Source: the human T2T-CHM13v2.0 reference genome, Homo sapiens
Assembly (NCBI RefSeq): GCF_009914755.1
Contig: NC_060947.1
DNA length: 64,000 bases
Reading direction: 5' to 3' (one strand)
This document shows, in pieces, positions 40,412 through 54,200 of this stretch. The position numbers and the translations under genes are program-made. The notes below the pieces were generated by a model. The model did not search any database, was not told the origin of the DNA, and saw nothing but the letters and a program-made list of their open reading frames with translations. Each line of letters opens with the position of its first letter. Within the stretch, counting starts at the first letter, position 1.

Positions 40412-43400
40412 AGCTGGATTCTTTTTAAATTATTTTTCTTGTCATGGTTACTATACTGATAGAGAGTAACTGGAATAAGCTATGCATAATTATCATGTAC
40501 CCCGGGGCTTGATTGTGACCTGGAGCTCTCTACTGGATTTTCAAACCAGGCTGAAAGAAGAGCTCAGTGAGGAGAGAAACTGATTTTACCTTCCTTACTA
40601 GGAAATAAAGGAACTACACCTAATGGATAGAGGTCATATAATTAAAACTGACAGTTCCTCTTTGGAAGTTTCCACATTTTGGATGGGCAGTGCTCCCATT
40701 GTTTACTAGATCCTAGGAAAAACAGAGCTTAAGGCACCATCTACTACTGAAAAGAAGACAGTGACCTAGTGAGGAAAAAAACTGAAATCCAACAGGCAAA
40801 TTACAAATAATCTCTAAGCAAACATAATGAATAAAAACCAAAACAAGACAGACAGAGAAGACTGGAATAAATAACTAATTCTTCAATGCAAAAACAGACA
40901 TGCATCCACAAGAAGTAATACTGAACAGGGAACCATAACCTTCCCAAATGGACAAATCAAGGAACCAGTGACTGACCCTAATGAGACAGCAATATTTGAG
41001 CCCTCTGATCAGCAATTCAAAATGGCAATATTATGGAAACTCAGTGATTTCCAAGACAACACAGAGAAGCAATTCAGAAATTTATCAGAAATAGTTAATA
41101 AAAAATTTAAATAGAAAAAATCAGACAGAAATCATGAAACTTAGAAATACATTTGCTAATCTGAAAAAAATCATTAGAGGCTCTCAATAACAAAATGGAG
41201 CTGAAGAAAGAATCAGTGAGCTCAAAGAAAACCTTTTTGAAAATAAAGGAGAGAAAAAGAATGAAAAGGAAAAGAGATCACCTACAAGATACAGAAAACT
41301 GCCTCAAAACATCAAACGTAAGAATTATTTGTGTACAAGAGGGAGTTGAGCAAGAGCAAGGGGATCGAAAGCATAATTCAATAAATAATAACAAAAACTT
41401 TCCAAAACTTGAGAAAGATAAATATCCAGGTATAAGAAGGTCAGAGCACACCAAAAGATTCAACCAAAATCGTCTACCTCAAAGGCACATAATAGTCAAA
41501 CTACCCCAAGGCATATAATAGTCAAACTCTCAAAGGTCAAGGTCAAAGAGAAGATCCTAAATACAGCAAGAGAAAAGATGTGCATAACATATAAAGGAGC
41601 TTCAATTTATTTGGCAACAGACTTCTCAATGGAAACCACACAGGCCAGGAGGGAGTAGGATGACATTTTCAAACTACTGAGGGGCAGGGAGCAGGAAGCT
41701 GTCATCCAAGAATACTGTATCCAGCAAAGTTATCCTTCAAAAATAAAGCAGAGATAAAGTCTTTCCCGGATAAACAAAAGCTGAGAGAATTAACCATCAC
41801 CAGACCAATCTTACAAGAAATGGTAAAGGAGCTCTTCAATTTGAAAGAATGCAAAAAGAAAACATTTGAAGGTATACAATCCACTGGCAAAATTAAGTAC
41901 ATGGACAAACCCAGAGTGCTCTACTACTTTAATTGTGTAATCAACTCAAAACTCTAGTATGAAGCCCAGAAGACAAATCTATCAAAAACAATAATCACTG
42001 AAGAAACCTGTTAAAAGATAGGTAGTATACAAATACATAAGTAGAGATGATTAAAATCAAAACGTAGAGGGGATGAAGTTAAATTGTAGAATTTTTTTCT
42101 TTGTTTCTATTATTTTCTTTGTGATTTAAGAAAAGCTGTCCTCTCTTTAAAATAACTTGTTACATCTATGACATATTTTTTGGTAAGCCTCATGATAGCC
42201 AGAATGCAAAAACCTGTAATAGATTCACTAAAAATAAAAAGCAATTAAAACTTAATGCCAGAGAAAATAACACAGCTACAAAGGAAGAAAGAAAGAAGGG
42301 AAGAGAGGAGCTGCAAAACAACCAGAAAACAAGCAAAAAAGGGCAGTAGAAAGTCCTTACTTGCCAATAACAACATTGAATGTAAATAGGTTCAATTCTC
42401 CAATTAAAAGCATAGAAGAGACTGGGTGGAGCAAGATGGCTGAATAGATGCCTCCACCAATCATCCTCCCCACAGCAACACCAAATTGAGCAACTACTTA
42501 CACAAAAAGCACCTTCATAAGAACCAAAAATCATGTGAGAGATCACAGTACCTGGTTTCAACATCATTTTAAGGAAAGAGGCACTGAAGAGGGTAGGGAA
42601 GACAGTCTTGAATTGCCTACACCACCCCTCTCCCATCTCCTAGCAGTGGTTGCATGGTATGGAGACAGACTCTGTGAACTTGGGAGAGGGAGAGTGCAGT
42701 GACTGTGGCAGTTTGTGTTGGAACTCAGTGCTGCCCTGTCACAGCAGAAAGCAATACTGGACAGAACTCAGCTGGTGCCCACAGAGGGAACATTTAGACA
42801 AGCCCTAATCAGATAAGAAATGCCAATCCCAGTGGTCAGAACCTGAGTTCTAGAAAGTACCGCTACTGCAAGCTGAGGCTCTGGGGTCCTAAATAAACTT
42901 GAAAGGCAGTCTAGGGCACAAGGACTGCAATTCCTGAGCAAATCCTGGTGCTTTGCTGGGCTCGAAGCCAGTGAATGTGGGGTACACATGACCTAGTGAG
43001 ATACCAGCCAGGGTGGTCAAGGGATTGCTTGTGTAACCCCTCCCACAACGTCAGGCAGTGCATCTTGCAGCTCTAGGAGAGACTCCTTCCTTCTGCTTGA
43101 GGAGGGAGAAGGGAGAATAGAGGACTTTGTCTTGTAACTTGAATACCAACTTAGCCACAGTAGGATAGGGTACCAGGAAGAGTCCTGAGGCCTCAATTTT
43201 AGGTCCTAGCTCATGGGTGACATTACTAGACACACCCTGTGCCAGAAGGGAACATGCTGTATTAAAGTGAAAGACCCAGTCCTGCAGGATTTATCACCTG
43301 CTAACTAAAGAGCCCTTGGGCCCCGAATAGTCACTAGAGGTAGCCAGGCGGTACTTACCATGGGCCTTGGGTGAGATTCAGAGATATGCTACCTTTAGGT

Positions 43401-43615
43401 GTCACCCAACATATGCACAGCTATGGTGACGATGAGCAGAGACTCATTCTGCTTGATAAAAGCAAAGGGAAGATAAAGGAGACTTTGACTTGCAGGTTAG
43501 GTACCAGCTTGGCCACAGTGAGGAAGAGCACCAAGCAGGCTCTTGGGTTCCCCAATTCTAGGCCTTGACTCTTGAATGGCATTTCTATACCTACCCAGGG
43601 CCAGAGTGGAGCTCA

Positions 43616-43819
<204 letters not shown>

Positions 43820-45704
43820 TCAGCCACATTGGAACAGAGCACCAGGTTGATACTTAAGATTTCTAAATCTAAGTGCTGACTCCCAGATGGCATCTCTGGA
43901 ACTGCCTGGAACCTGGGGGAATTCGCCACCCAGAAGGGAAGAACAGAAACCTGGCTGGCTTTGCAACCTGCTGATTGTAGAGCCCTAGGGCCTTGAGAGA
44001 ATATAGGCAGTAGTTATGATGGGTCTTGGGTGAGAATCAGTGCTGTACAGGCTTCAGGGCTGACCCAGCACAGTCCTAGTGGTGGTGGCCACAGGGGCAC
44101 TTGTGTTACCCCTCTCCTAGCTCCAGGCAGCTCAGCACAGAAAGAGACTTTGTTTGTTTGGGGGAAAGTAAGGGAAGAGAACGAGAGCCTCTGTCTGGTA
44201 ATCCATGGAATTCTTCAGGATCTTATCCAACACCACCAAGATGGTATTTATATGAGTATGCAAGAGCCACAGCATTACTGGGCTTGAGGAGCCACCAAAT
44301 GTACATATAATGCAATGATCAAAGACTTAGATCACAACACCCAAATCCCTGTGAATATTCGGAAAGCCTTCCCAGGGAGGACAAGCACAAACAGGCACAG
44401 ACTGTGAAGACAACAATAAATATCTAACTCTTCAATGCCTAGACACTGATGAACAGACACAGTATCAAGACCATCCAGGAAAAGATGCCTTCACCAAACA
44501 AAGTAAATTAAGCATAATGACCAATCTCAGAGAGACTGAGATAGTAGACCTTTCAGACAGGAGAACTCAAAATAGCTGTTTTAAGGAAGCTCAGTGAAAA
44601 TCAAGATAATACAGAGAAGGAATTCAGAATCTTACCAGATAAATTTTAAAATGGGATGGAAATAATTAAAAGGAACCAAGCAGAAATTCTTGAGCTGAAA
44701 AATTCAATTGAATACTGACGAATGCAAAACGGTTTCTTAACAGCAGAATTGACTAAACAGAAGAAAGAATTAGTGAGCTTGAGGACAGGCTACTTGAAAA
44801 TACACACAGAGAAGAGACAAAAAAAGGAATAAAGAAAAAAGCACACTCACAAGATCTAGAAAATAGCCTAAAACTGGCAAATCTAAGAGTTACTGGCCTT
44901 AAAGAGGAGGTAGAGAGAAAGATAGGGGTAGAAAGTTTATTCAAAGGAATAATGACAGAATTTCCCAAACCTAGAGAATGACATTAATATTCAATTACAA
45001 GAAGGTGATAGAAGACCAAACAGATTTAAGCCAAATAGGACTACATCGAGACATTTGATAATAAAACTTCCAAAGGTGACAAATAAAGAAAGGATCCTAA
45101 AAGCAGCAAGAAACAACATACAATGGCACTTCAACATATCTCACAGCAGACTTTTCAGAGGAAACCTCACAGGCCAGGAGAGACTGGCATGACATATTTA
45201 AAGTGTTGAAGGAATAAAATCCCTTTTTACCCTAGAATAGTATATATAGCAAAAAATATTCTTCAAACATGTAGGAGAAATAAAAACTTTCCCAGAAAAA
45301 CAAAAACTGAAGCATCAACAGCAGAAGTGTTCTATAAGAAATGCTAAAAGGAGTTCTTTGATGTGAAAGAAAAGAATGTTAATGAGCAAAAAATACAAAT
45401 TTGAAGGTACAAAACTCACTGGTAATAGCACACAGAAAACACAGAATATTGTAACACTGTAGGTGTGATATGTAAACTACTCATATCTTGAGTAGAAAGA
45501 CTAAAAGATGAACTGATCAAAAATAACTATAACAACTTTTGAAGGCATAGGCAGTACAATAAGATACAAATAGACATAAAAAAATTAAAAGCATGAGGAT
45601 GAAGTTCATTTGCAGTTTTTATTAGTTTTATCTTTGTTTGTTTATGCAATTAGTGTTGTCATCAGTTTAAAATAATGGGTTATATTATTGCAAGCCTTAC
45701 AGTT

Positions 45705-46139
45705 TGTATTAGTCAGGGTTCCCTAGAGGGACAGAACTAATGGAATATATCTATAGGGGAATTTATTAAGCATTAATTCACATGATCACAAGGTCTCAAA
45801 ATAGGCTGTCTGCAGGCTGAGGAGCAAGGAGAGCCAGTCCGAGATCCAAAACTGAAGAACTTGGAGTCCGACATTCAAGGACAGAAAGCATCCAGCACTA
45901 GAGAAAGATGTAGGCTAGGAGGCTAGGCCAGTCTCTCTTTTCACATTTTTCTGTCTGCTTATATTCTAGCCACACTGACAGCTGATTAGATTGTGCCTAC
46001 TCTAATTAAGGGTGGGCCTGCCTTTCCCAGCCCACCAACTCAAATGTTAATCTCCTTTGGCAACACTGTCACAGAAATACCCAGGATCAATACTTTGTAT
46101 TCTTCAGTCCAATCAAGTTGACCAGTATTAACCATCACA
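45705..46139 (-). mobile_element. MLT2A LTR (3' LTR of HERV-L)
   Basis: tgtattagtcagggttccctagagggacagaac...gtattaaccatcaca. Confidence 0.9.
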
Positions 46140-47362
46140 AGTCTACCTTTTGTCAACTTGAACCCATACACATCTCCTGAGATCATACATAATATTCAAA
46201 TATAGATGATAATAAGGTCATAGTTACACCAAACATAATACAACTATCCTTTGTACAACTGCAACCGCATCAATCCCCAACCCAAATACTATTACATAAA
46301 GTTAACAATACTTAAATGTTGATGTGAAGTCAATAAATCTTATGTCACATGATAAAGGAGAAAGGAAATAAAATGAAGATATTTTCTTAGTACAAGTGTA
46401 TATAGGCATAAACATTTTTTTTAACAAAACAAGGAGGAAATACTCATGACAATTACAGTCTTCATTTCTCCAGCTGGTCATGTGGTTGTAGCTGGTACTG
46501 ACGACTACCTTCTTCTACTACCCATTCTGTATTCCCTTTGCCTTCAGGAAGCACTTCAGCAGGTCATGGTTTTTTTTTTTTTCCTGATAAAGTGACCCAA
46601 ACCTTCATTCCTGAAGGGTCTGGGTCATTTGTAGTCCTGCCTGGATTGTGCTGTTGTAGTTTCCCATTGACCATAATCACAGGGCATGGTAATACTAACA
46701 GACGCCCTAATGGATCTCCTGTATTCCATGCATACTCTTTCTTACATCCATTGTGCAGTAGTAGACTGATTTCATCTTGATAGTCTGGGTCAATCACCCC
46801 AGACAACACTGTAACTCCATTCTTAGCCTGTTGACTTAAAGGTAGGAGGAGCCCAAAATGTTCAGGTGGCAATCATAACTTCCTGTTTAATGGAATCCTT
46901 GTTGTGTCTCCTGGTGGCAGTGTTCCTCCCTCTGAAATAAGACTCTCACTGAGGGAAATCTTAGCAGATTTGAGACTCAGTATCTGCTTCTGAAGCCAGG
47001 AGACAGAATCCTTGAGTTCATCATTTTCCTTCACCAGTTTTTCCACTGAACTTAGGAGCAGCCAACCAGCTTCATTATGTTCCTTGGTTCTCCACATAAG
47101 GTCAAAAGTATTATGTATAGAGTCACTAAACTCCTTGCCTCTCATGAGCAATGAATCAGGAGTGTCGAGTGTATTTATTTTACTAACTCTCTAAACAGTT
47201 CATGCCAAGGACCATCAGTGTTCTCCATACTATTAGAAGTAGAGTCCTTAACATTTTTGTGTCTAATCATATTAAGCAGCCAATTCCAGAAACCCCCAAA
47301 CCAACAAAAGAACTCCATCCTTAATATTCTGTTCTTCTAGAACCACTGCTGGTACCAAAATC
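46140..47362 (-). mobile_element. HERVL-int, internally deleted (gag 5' end joined to dUTPase and 3' region)
   Basis: ORF 46873-47151 is gag-like (WRTKEHNEAGWLLLSS). ORF 46564-46872 is dUTPase-like (GVTVLSGVIDPDYQDEI). PBS-like gattttggtaccagc. Confidence 0.9.
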
Positions 47363-47801
47363 TGTATTAGTCAGCGTTCTCTAGAGAAACAGAACTAATG
47401 GAATTATATATATGAGTTTATTAAGTATTATACCACCACAAGGTCCACAATAGGCTGTCTGCAGGCTGAGGAGCAAGGAGAGCCAGTCCAAGTTACAAAA
47501 CTGAAGAACTTGGAGTCTGATGTTTGAGGGCATGAAGCATCCAGCATGGGAGAAAGATGTAGGCTGGGAGGCTAGGACAGTCCATCTTTTCACATTTTTT
47601 TGCCTGCTTATATTCTAGCTGCGCTGGCAGCTGATTAGATTGTGCCCACCCAAATTAAGAATGAGTCTGCTGTTCCCAACCCACTGATTCTCAAATGTTA
47701 ACCTCCTTTGGCAACACCATCACAGACACACCAAAGATCAATACTTTGTATCCTTCAATCCACTCAAGCAATCAAGTTGACACTCAGTACTAACCATCAT
47801 A
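47363..47801 (-). mobile_element. MLT2A LTR (5' LTR of HERV-L)
   Basis: tgtattagtcagcgttctctagag...gtactaaccatcata; 5-bp TSD cagtt/tggtt. Confidence 0.9.
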
Positions 47802-47914
47802 TGGTTACTGCAAATCAAAAAACATATTACAGATACACAAAAAATAACAAGCAAGAAATTAAAACATACCACAAGAGAAAATCACCTTTACTTAAAAGAA
47901 GACAGGAAGGACAA

Positions 47915-47945
<31 letters not shown>

Positions 47946-50669
47946 CAAAAACCCATGAAACAACCAGAAAACAAGTAATAGAATGGTAGGAGCAAGCTCT
48001 TTTCAATAATAACATTGAATGTAAATGGAGTAAACTATAATCAAAAGAGAAAAAGTGGCTGAATGGATGAAAAAAAAAAACAAGACCCGATGATCTATTA
48101 CCTACAAGAAACACCTTTCATCTATAAAGACACAAATAGACTGAAAATAAAGGAATGGAAAAAGATATTCCATGCAAGTGAAAACAAAAACAGAGCATGT
48201 GTAGCTACAAAAATATCAGAGAAAATACATTTTAAGACAAAAACTATAAGAAGACACAAGGAAGGTGATTATATAATGATAAAGGGGTCTATTCAGCAGG
48301 AGAATATAACAATTCTAAGTATACTTACACTCAACACTGGAACACCCAGAGGTATAAAGCAAATATTATTAGAGCTTAACAGAGAAAGACTCCAAAACAA
48401 TAACAGCTGGAGACTTCAATACCCCACCTTCAACATTGAACAGATCACCCAGACAGAAAATCAACAAAGTAACATCAGATAATATGCACCACAGATGAAG
48501 TGAACCTAAAAATATTTACAGAACATTTCATCCAACAGCTGCAGAATACATATTCTTCACTTTGGCACATGGATCATTCTGAAGAACAGACCATATGTTA
48601 GATGACAAGTGTTAAAAAAATTTAACAAGTGAAATAATATCAAATCCCTTATATGACCACAGTGGAATAAAATTAGAAATCAATAACAAGAGGAAGTTTG
48701 GAAAGTATATAGACACATGGAAATTAAATAATATGCTCCTGAATTACCAGTAGATCAATAAAGAAATTAAGAAGGGAAGTGAAAAATTTCAGCCCACTTT
48801 CACTACTGTGATTCAACACAGTACTAGAAGTCCTAGCTGGAGCAATCAGATAAGAGAAAGAAATAAACACATCCCAATTGGAATGGAAAAAGTCAAGTTA
48901 TCCTTGTTTTTAGATGATATAATCTTATATTTGAAAAAACATAAAGATTCCACAAAAAAAACATTAGATCTGATAAACAAATTCAGTCAAGTTGCAGAAT
49001 ACAAAATCAACATGCAAAAATTAGTAGCATTTCTGTATGCTAACAGTGAACAACATAAAATGAAATCAAGAAAGTAACCCCCTTCACAATAGGTAAAATA
49101 AAATACCCATAAATTAGCTTAACCAAAGAAGTGAAAAATATCTACAAGAAAAGCTGTGAAACATTGAAAGAAATTGAATAGGAAGCAAAAAAATAGAAAG
49201 ATATTCCATGTTCATGATTTGGAAGAAGATTGTTAAAATGTCCATACTACCCAAAGCAATCTACAGATTAAATGCAATCCCTCTTAATATACCCATGACA
49301 TCCTTCATAGAAATAGGAAAAATAATCCTAAAATTTATATGGAACCACAAAAGACCCAGAATAGCCAAAGCTATCCTGAGCAAAATAAACAAAACTGTAG
49401 GAACCACATTACCTGACTGCAAAGCAGAATGGAACTAGCATAAAAAGAGACACATAGACCAATGGAACAGAATAGAGAACAAAGAGTAAACTTATTGTCA
49501 ACAAAAATGCCAAGAATACTCACTGGGAAAAGAACACTCTCTTCAACAAATGGTGCTGGGAAAACTGGATATCCATATGCAGAAGAATGAAACTACACCC
49601 TTACCTCTTTCCATATATAAAAGTCAAATCAGAATAGATTAAAGACCTAACTCTGAGACCTCAAAATATGAAACTATGAAATAAAACTTTTGGGGAAATT
49701 CTTCAGGACATTGGAATTGGCAACGATGTGTTGAGTAATACCCCCTAACACACAGGCAACCAAAGCAAAAATAGACAAATGGGATCACATCAAGTTAAAA
49801 ACCTTCCATACAGCAAAGAAGACAATAAACAAAGTGAAAAGACAAACCACAGAATGGGAGAAAATATTTGTAAATACCCATCTGAGAAGGGATTAATAAC
49901 CAGAATACATAAAGAGTTCAAACAATTCTATAGGAAAAAATCTAATAATCTGATTAAAAATGGGCAAAAGATGTGAATAGACATTTCTGAAATGAAGACA
50001 TGCAAATGGCAAACGGGTACATGGAAAAGTACTCAATATCATTGATCAGAGAAATGAAAATCAAAACTATAATGAGACCAAATCTCACCCCAGTTAAAGT
50101 TTATCCAAAAGTCAGGCAATAACAAATGCTGGTGAGGATGTGGAGAAAAGAGAACCCTTGAACAGTATTGGTGCAAATGTATGTTTTATTAAAACTACTA
50201 TGGAGTATAGTTTGGCATTTCCTCAGAAAACTAAAAATAGAGCTAACATATGATCCAGCAATTCTACTCCTAGTTATATACTCAAGAGAAAGAAAATCAG
50301 TATATTGGAGAGATATCTGCATTCCTATGTTTATTGGAGCACAACTCATAATAGCCAAGATTTAAAAGCAACCTAAGTGTCCATCAGCAGATGAATAGAT
50401 AAAAAGTAGTATATACATACAATGGAGTACTATTGAGCCATAAAAAAAGAATGAAATCCTGTTATTTGCAACAACATGGATGGAACTGGAGGTCATTATG
50501 TTAAGTGAAATAAGCCAGGCACAGAAAGACAAACGTCACATGTTCCCAATTATTTTGGGGAGCTAAAAATTAAAACAATTTAATTGATGGAGATAGAGGG
50601 TATAATGATGGTAACCAGAGGCTGGGAATGGTGTTTGGGGGTCGGGGAAGTTGGGATGGTTAACACTTA

Positions 50670-50974
<305 letters not shown>

Positions 50975-51232
50975 TTGTTAGAATAAACAAGATTTAGTAT
51001 TTTAAAATAACTAAAAGTATAATTGGACTGTTTGTAACAGAAATAAAGGATAAATGCTTGAAGTTGTAGATATTCAATTTATCCTCATTTGATTATTACA
51101 CATTGTATACCTGTATTAAGATATCTCATATACCCCATAAATATATACACCTAGTATGTACCCAGAAAAATTAAAAATAAAAAAAAAACTTGTTTTAAAA
51201 GGCATAGAGTGGCTGAATGAATAAAGAAACAA

Positions 51233-54200
51233 CCTGGGGAGTAGTGGCCAAGATGGTCAACTAGAAGCAGCTAGGTTGTGTGGCTCTCACGAAGAGGAAC
51301 AGAAGGGGTGAATAAATACAAGACCTTCAACCGAAATATTCAGGTACTCACATTGGGATTAATCTAGGAAACAACTTGACCCACAGAGAACAAAGAAAAG
51401 CAAGAGGACAACGGCCCATCTGGGAGCAACACGGAGGCAGGTGAATCCTCCTCCACCCAGGGAAGCCATGCTTCTCCCACAGATCTTTGCAACCCTTGGG
51501 TAAGGAGGTTTCCTTGTGAACCCACCCCACCAGGGCCTTCAGTCTTCAGTCTGACAAATAGAGTTACATGGAGTCTTGGCAGAGCAGCCGCTCAGGCATG
51601 TGTGGAGACACTGGAGCCTTAGAAACTTGGGCGTTTCAGCAAAAGTAGCTGCAGCTCCCACAAAGTGGGAGGTTAGACTCTTGTACATAGCCCTAGGAAA
51701 GAAGCTGAATCCAGGGGGCTGAGCAGTAACAGCCCACAGGCCTCACTTCCATGGCACCTCACAAGATAAGACCCACTGGCTTGGAATTCCAGTCAGCTAG
51801 CAGTAGCAGCATTGCACTTCCCTAAAAAGGAGCTCCTGGTGGGAGGGGCGAGCCACCATCTTTGCTTTTCAGGTGCCTTAGCCGTTCCAGCCTTCAGGCT
51901 TTGAGAGTCTAGCTGACCTGGGGCAAAAGGGATTCCCCAGCACAGCCTAGCTCCTCTACCGAAACAAAGCCAGACTGCTGCTTTAAGCCGGCGCCTGATC
52001 CTGTTCTTCCTCACTGGTCAGGTCCTCCCAACCAGGGCCTCCGGCCACCCCCACCCAATCTCTCCAACTGACAGAGATCTGAATTCCCCCTCAAAAGGCA
52101 TTCCCAGAGGGGGATGGACCATCATTTTTGCTCTTTGGATGACTTAGCCATTCCAACCTTTGGGCTTTGGGGTGTCTGAGGTGACCAGGGTCTGAAGTGG
52201 ACCCCCCAGCAAAGCACAGCTGCTTTAACAAAACATGGCCAAACTGCCTTTATAAGTGGGTCCTGATCTTGTTCCTCCTCACTGGGCGGGACCTCCCAAC
52301 TGGGGCCTCCAGCTATCCCCACCCAAGCTCTCCAGCCAACAGAGATCTGAACTCCCCCTGGGACAGCACTCCCACAGGGAGGGGTGGGCTGCCATCATTG
52401 CTCTTTGGGCATCTTACCCATTCCAGCCTTTGGGCTTCAGAGTGTGAGGTGACCAAGGGCTGAAGTGGACCCCCAGCACAACGCAGCTGCTCTATCAAAA
52501 CAGGATCAGACTGCTTTTTAAGCAGTTCCCAATCCTGTTCATCTTCACTGGCCGGGACCTCCCAACTGTGGTCTCCAGCCACTTCCTACAGGTGCCTTTG
52601 GGCCAGCAACAGGTCTGTAACTCCCTGGGACAAAACTCCCTGAAATAGGGACAAGTTGCCATGTTTGATGTTTCACAGCCTTCACTGGTGACACCTCCAG
52701 GTTGTGGAAAATCTGAGGTGATTAGGATCTGGAGTAGGCCCCAAGCATACCACAGCAGCCCTATGAAAAAGTGGCCAGACTGTTATGTGGTTGCCCGTTT
52801 TCATATCTCCTCAATGGGCAGGTCCTCCAGACCTGGCCCTCCAGCCACCCCCCACCAGAGCTACTAAGCTAGTACCAACTCAGCAACTCCCTGGACAGAG
52901 CCTCCAGGGGCAACTGAAAGCAAAGCCTCTTAGCCACTGCCTCTGTAGTGGAACTACTCTTGCCACCCTTGGAGTAACAAAGGAGCAAAGACCCTAAGTG
53001 TCTTATCCATACCTCCAACAAGCTGTAGTTGACCCAAGGAGAGGAGGCCAGTCCATCTCCCACAGGTCCTAAACACCACCCATGGCTCATCACCAGACAG
53101 GGAACCCCTGGCTTGGGCATAAACCCTTCACCTTGGGCTGACTGCACTGAGCAATTGCTGACCTGTATCTCTCTGGAGTAAAGCCTCCAGGAGTCAAGTA
53201 AACGACCCTTGGTCACAACCACTACTAAGATCTCCTCCTCTGCTGCCTCTACGCTGGGGAAGGAACATAAGCACTAAGATCACCCCAGAGCTCCAGTGGG
53301 CAGCCCAACTGTGCCAAGTCATGAACTACAGCCAGACTAAAGGGGGAGAGGAACCTTCACTTTCAGAGCACTGAGAGGAAATATGGCTGCAACTGTGAGA
53401 AAAAATAGGGGAGCTACACAACTGAGCAAGAGTCTACCAAATGACCAGTAAGCCTGAGTGTCACCTGCTGGTTCATACCCCAAAACTTCAACACCAAAAA
53501 TTCATCACTAAAATAACCCCCTCTGATACCAGAGACAAGAAATCAGCTTCAAATAAAGACACTACACAAAGCCTCAGCCCAGTGAAAACATCCAGAAAAG
53601 AAGTATATTGACTGTACTCAAGCTACACTGCAGTTAAAGAAACACCCACACGCAGAGATGAGAAAAAAACCAATGCAAGAACTCTGGTAACTCAAATGGC
53701 CCGGGTGTCATATGTTCTCCAAATGATTGTACAACTTCTCCCAAAAGAGTGTTTAATCAGGCTGAACTGGCTGGAATGACAGATGTAGAATTCGGAATAT
53801 GCATAGGAACAAAAATCATCAAGATTCAGGAGGATGGCAAAACCCAATCCAAGGAAAATAAGAATCATAATAAAGTGATACAGGAGCTGAAGGATAAAAT
53901 AGCCAGTATAAAAAAGAACCTAATGGGTCTGACAGAGTGGAATAACAGAATATAAGAATTTCACAATGCAATCACAAATACTAACAGCAGAATAAACCAA
54001 GCTGAGGAAAGAATCTCAGAACTTGAAGACTGGTTCTCTGAAATAAGACAATCAGAGAAAAATAAAGAAAAAAGAATACAGGGAAATGAACAAAACCTCC
54101 AAGAAGTATGAGATTATGTAAAGAGGCCAAAGCTACAAATCATTGGCATCCCTGAAAGGAAGGGGGAGAAAGCAAATAATTTGGAAAATACATTTCAGGA

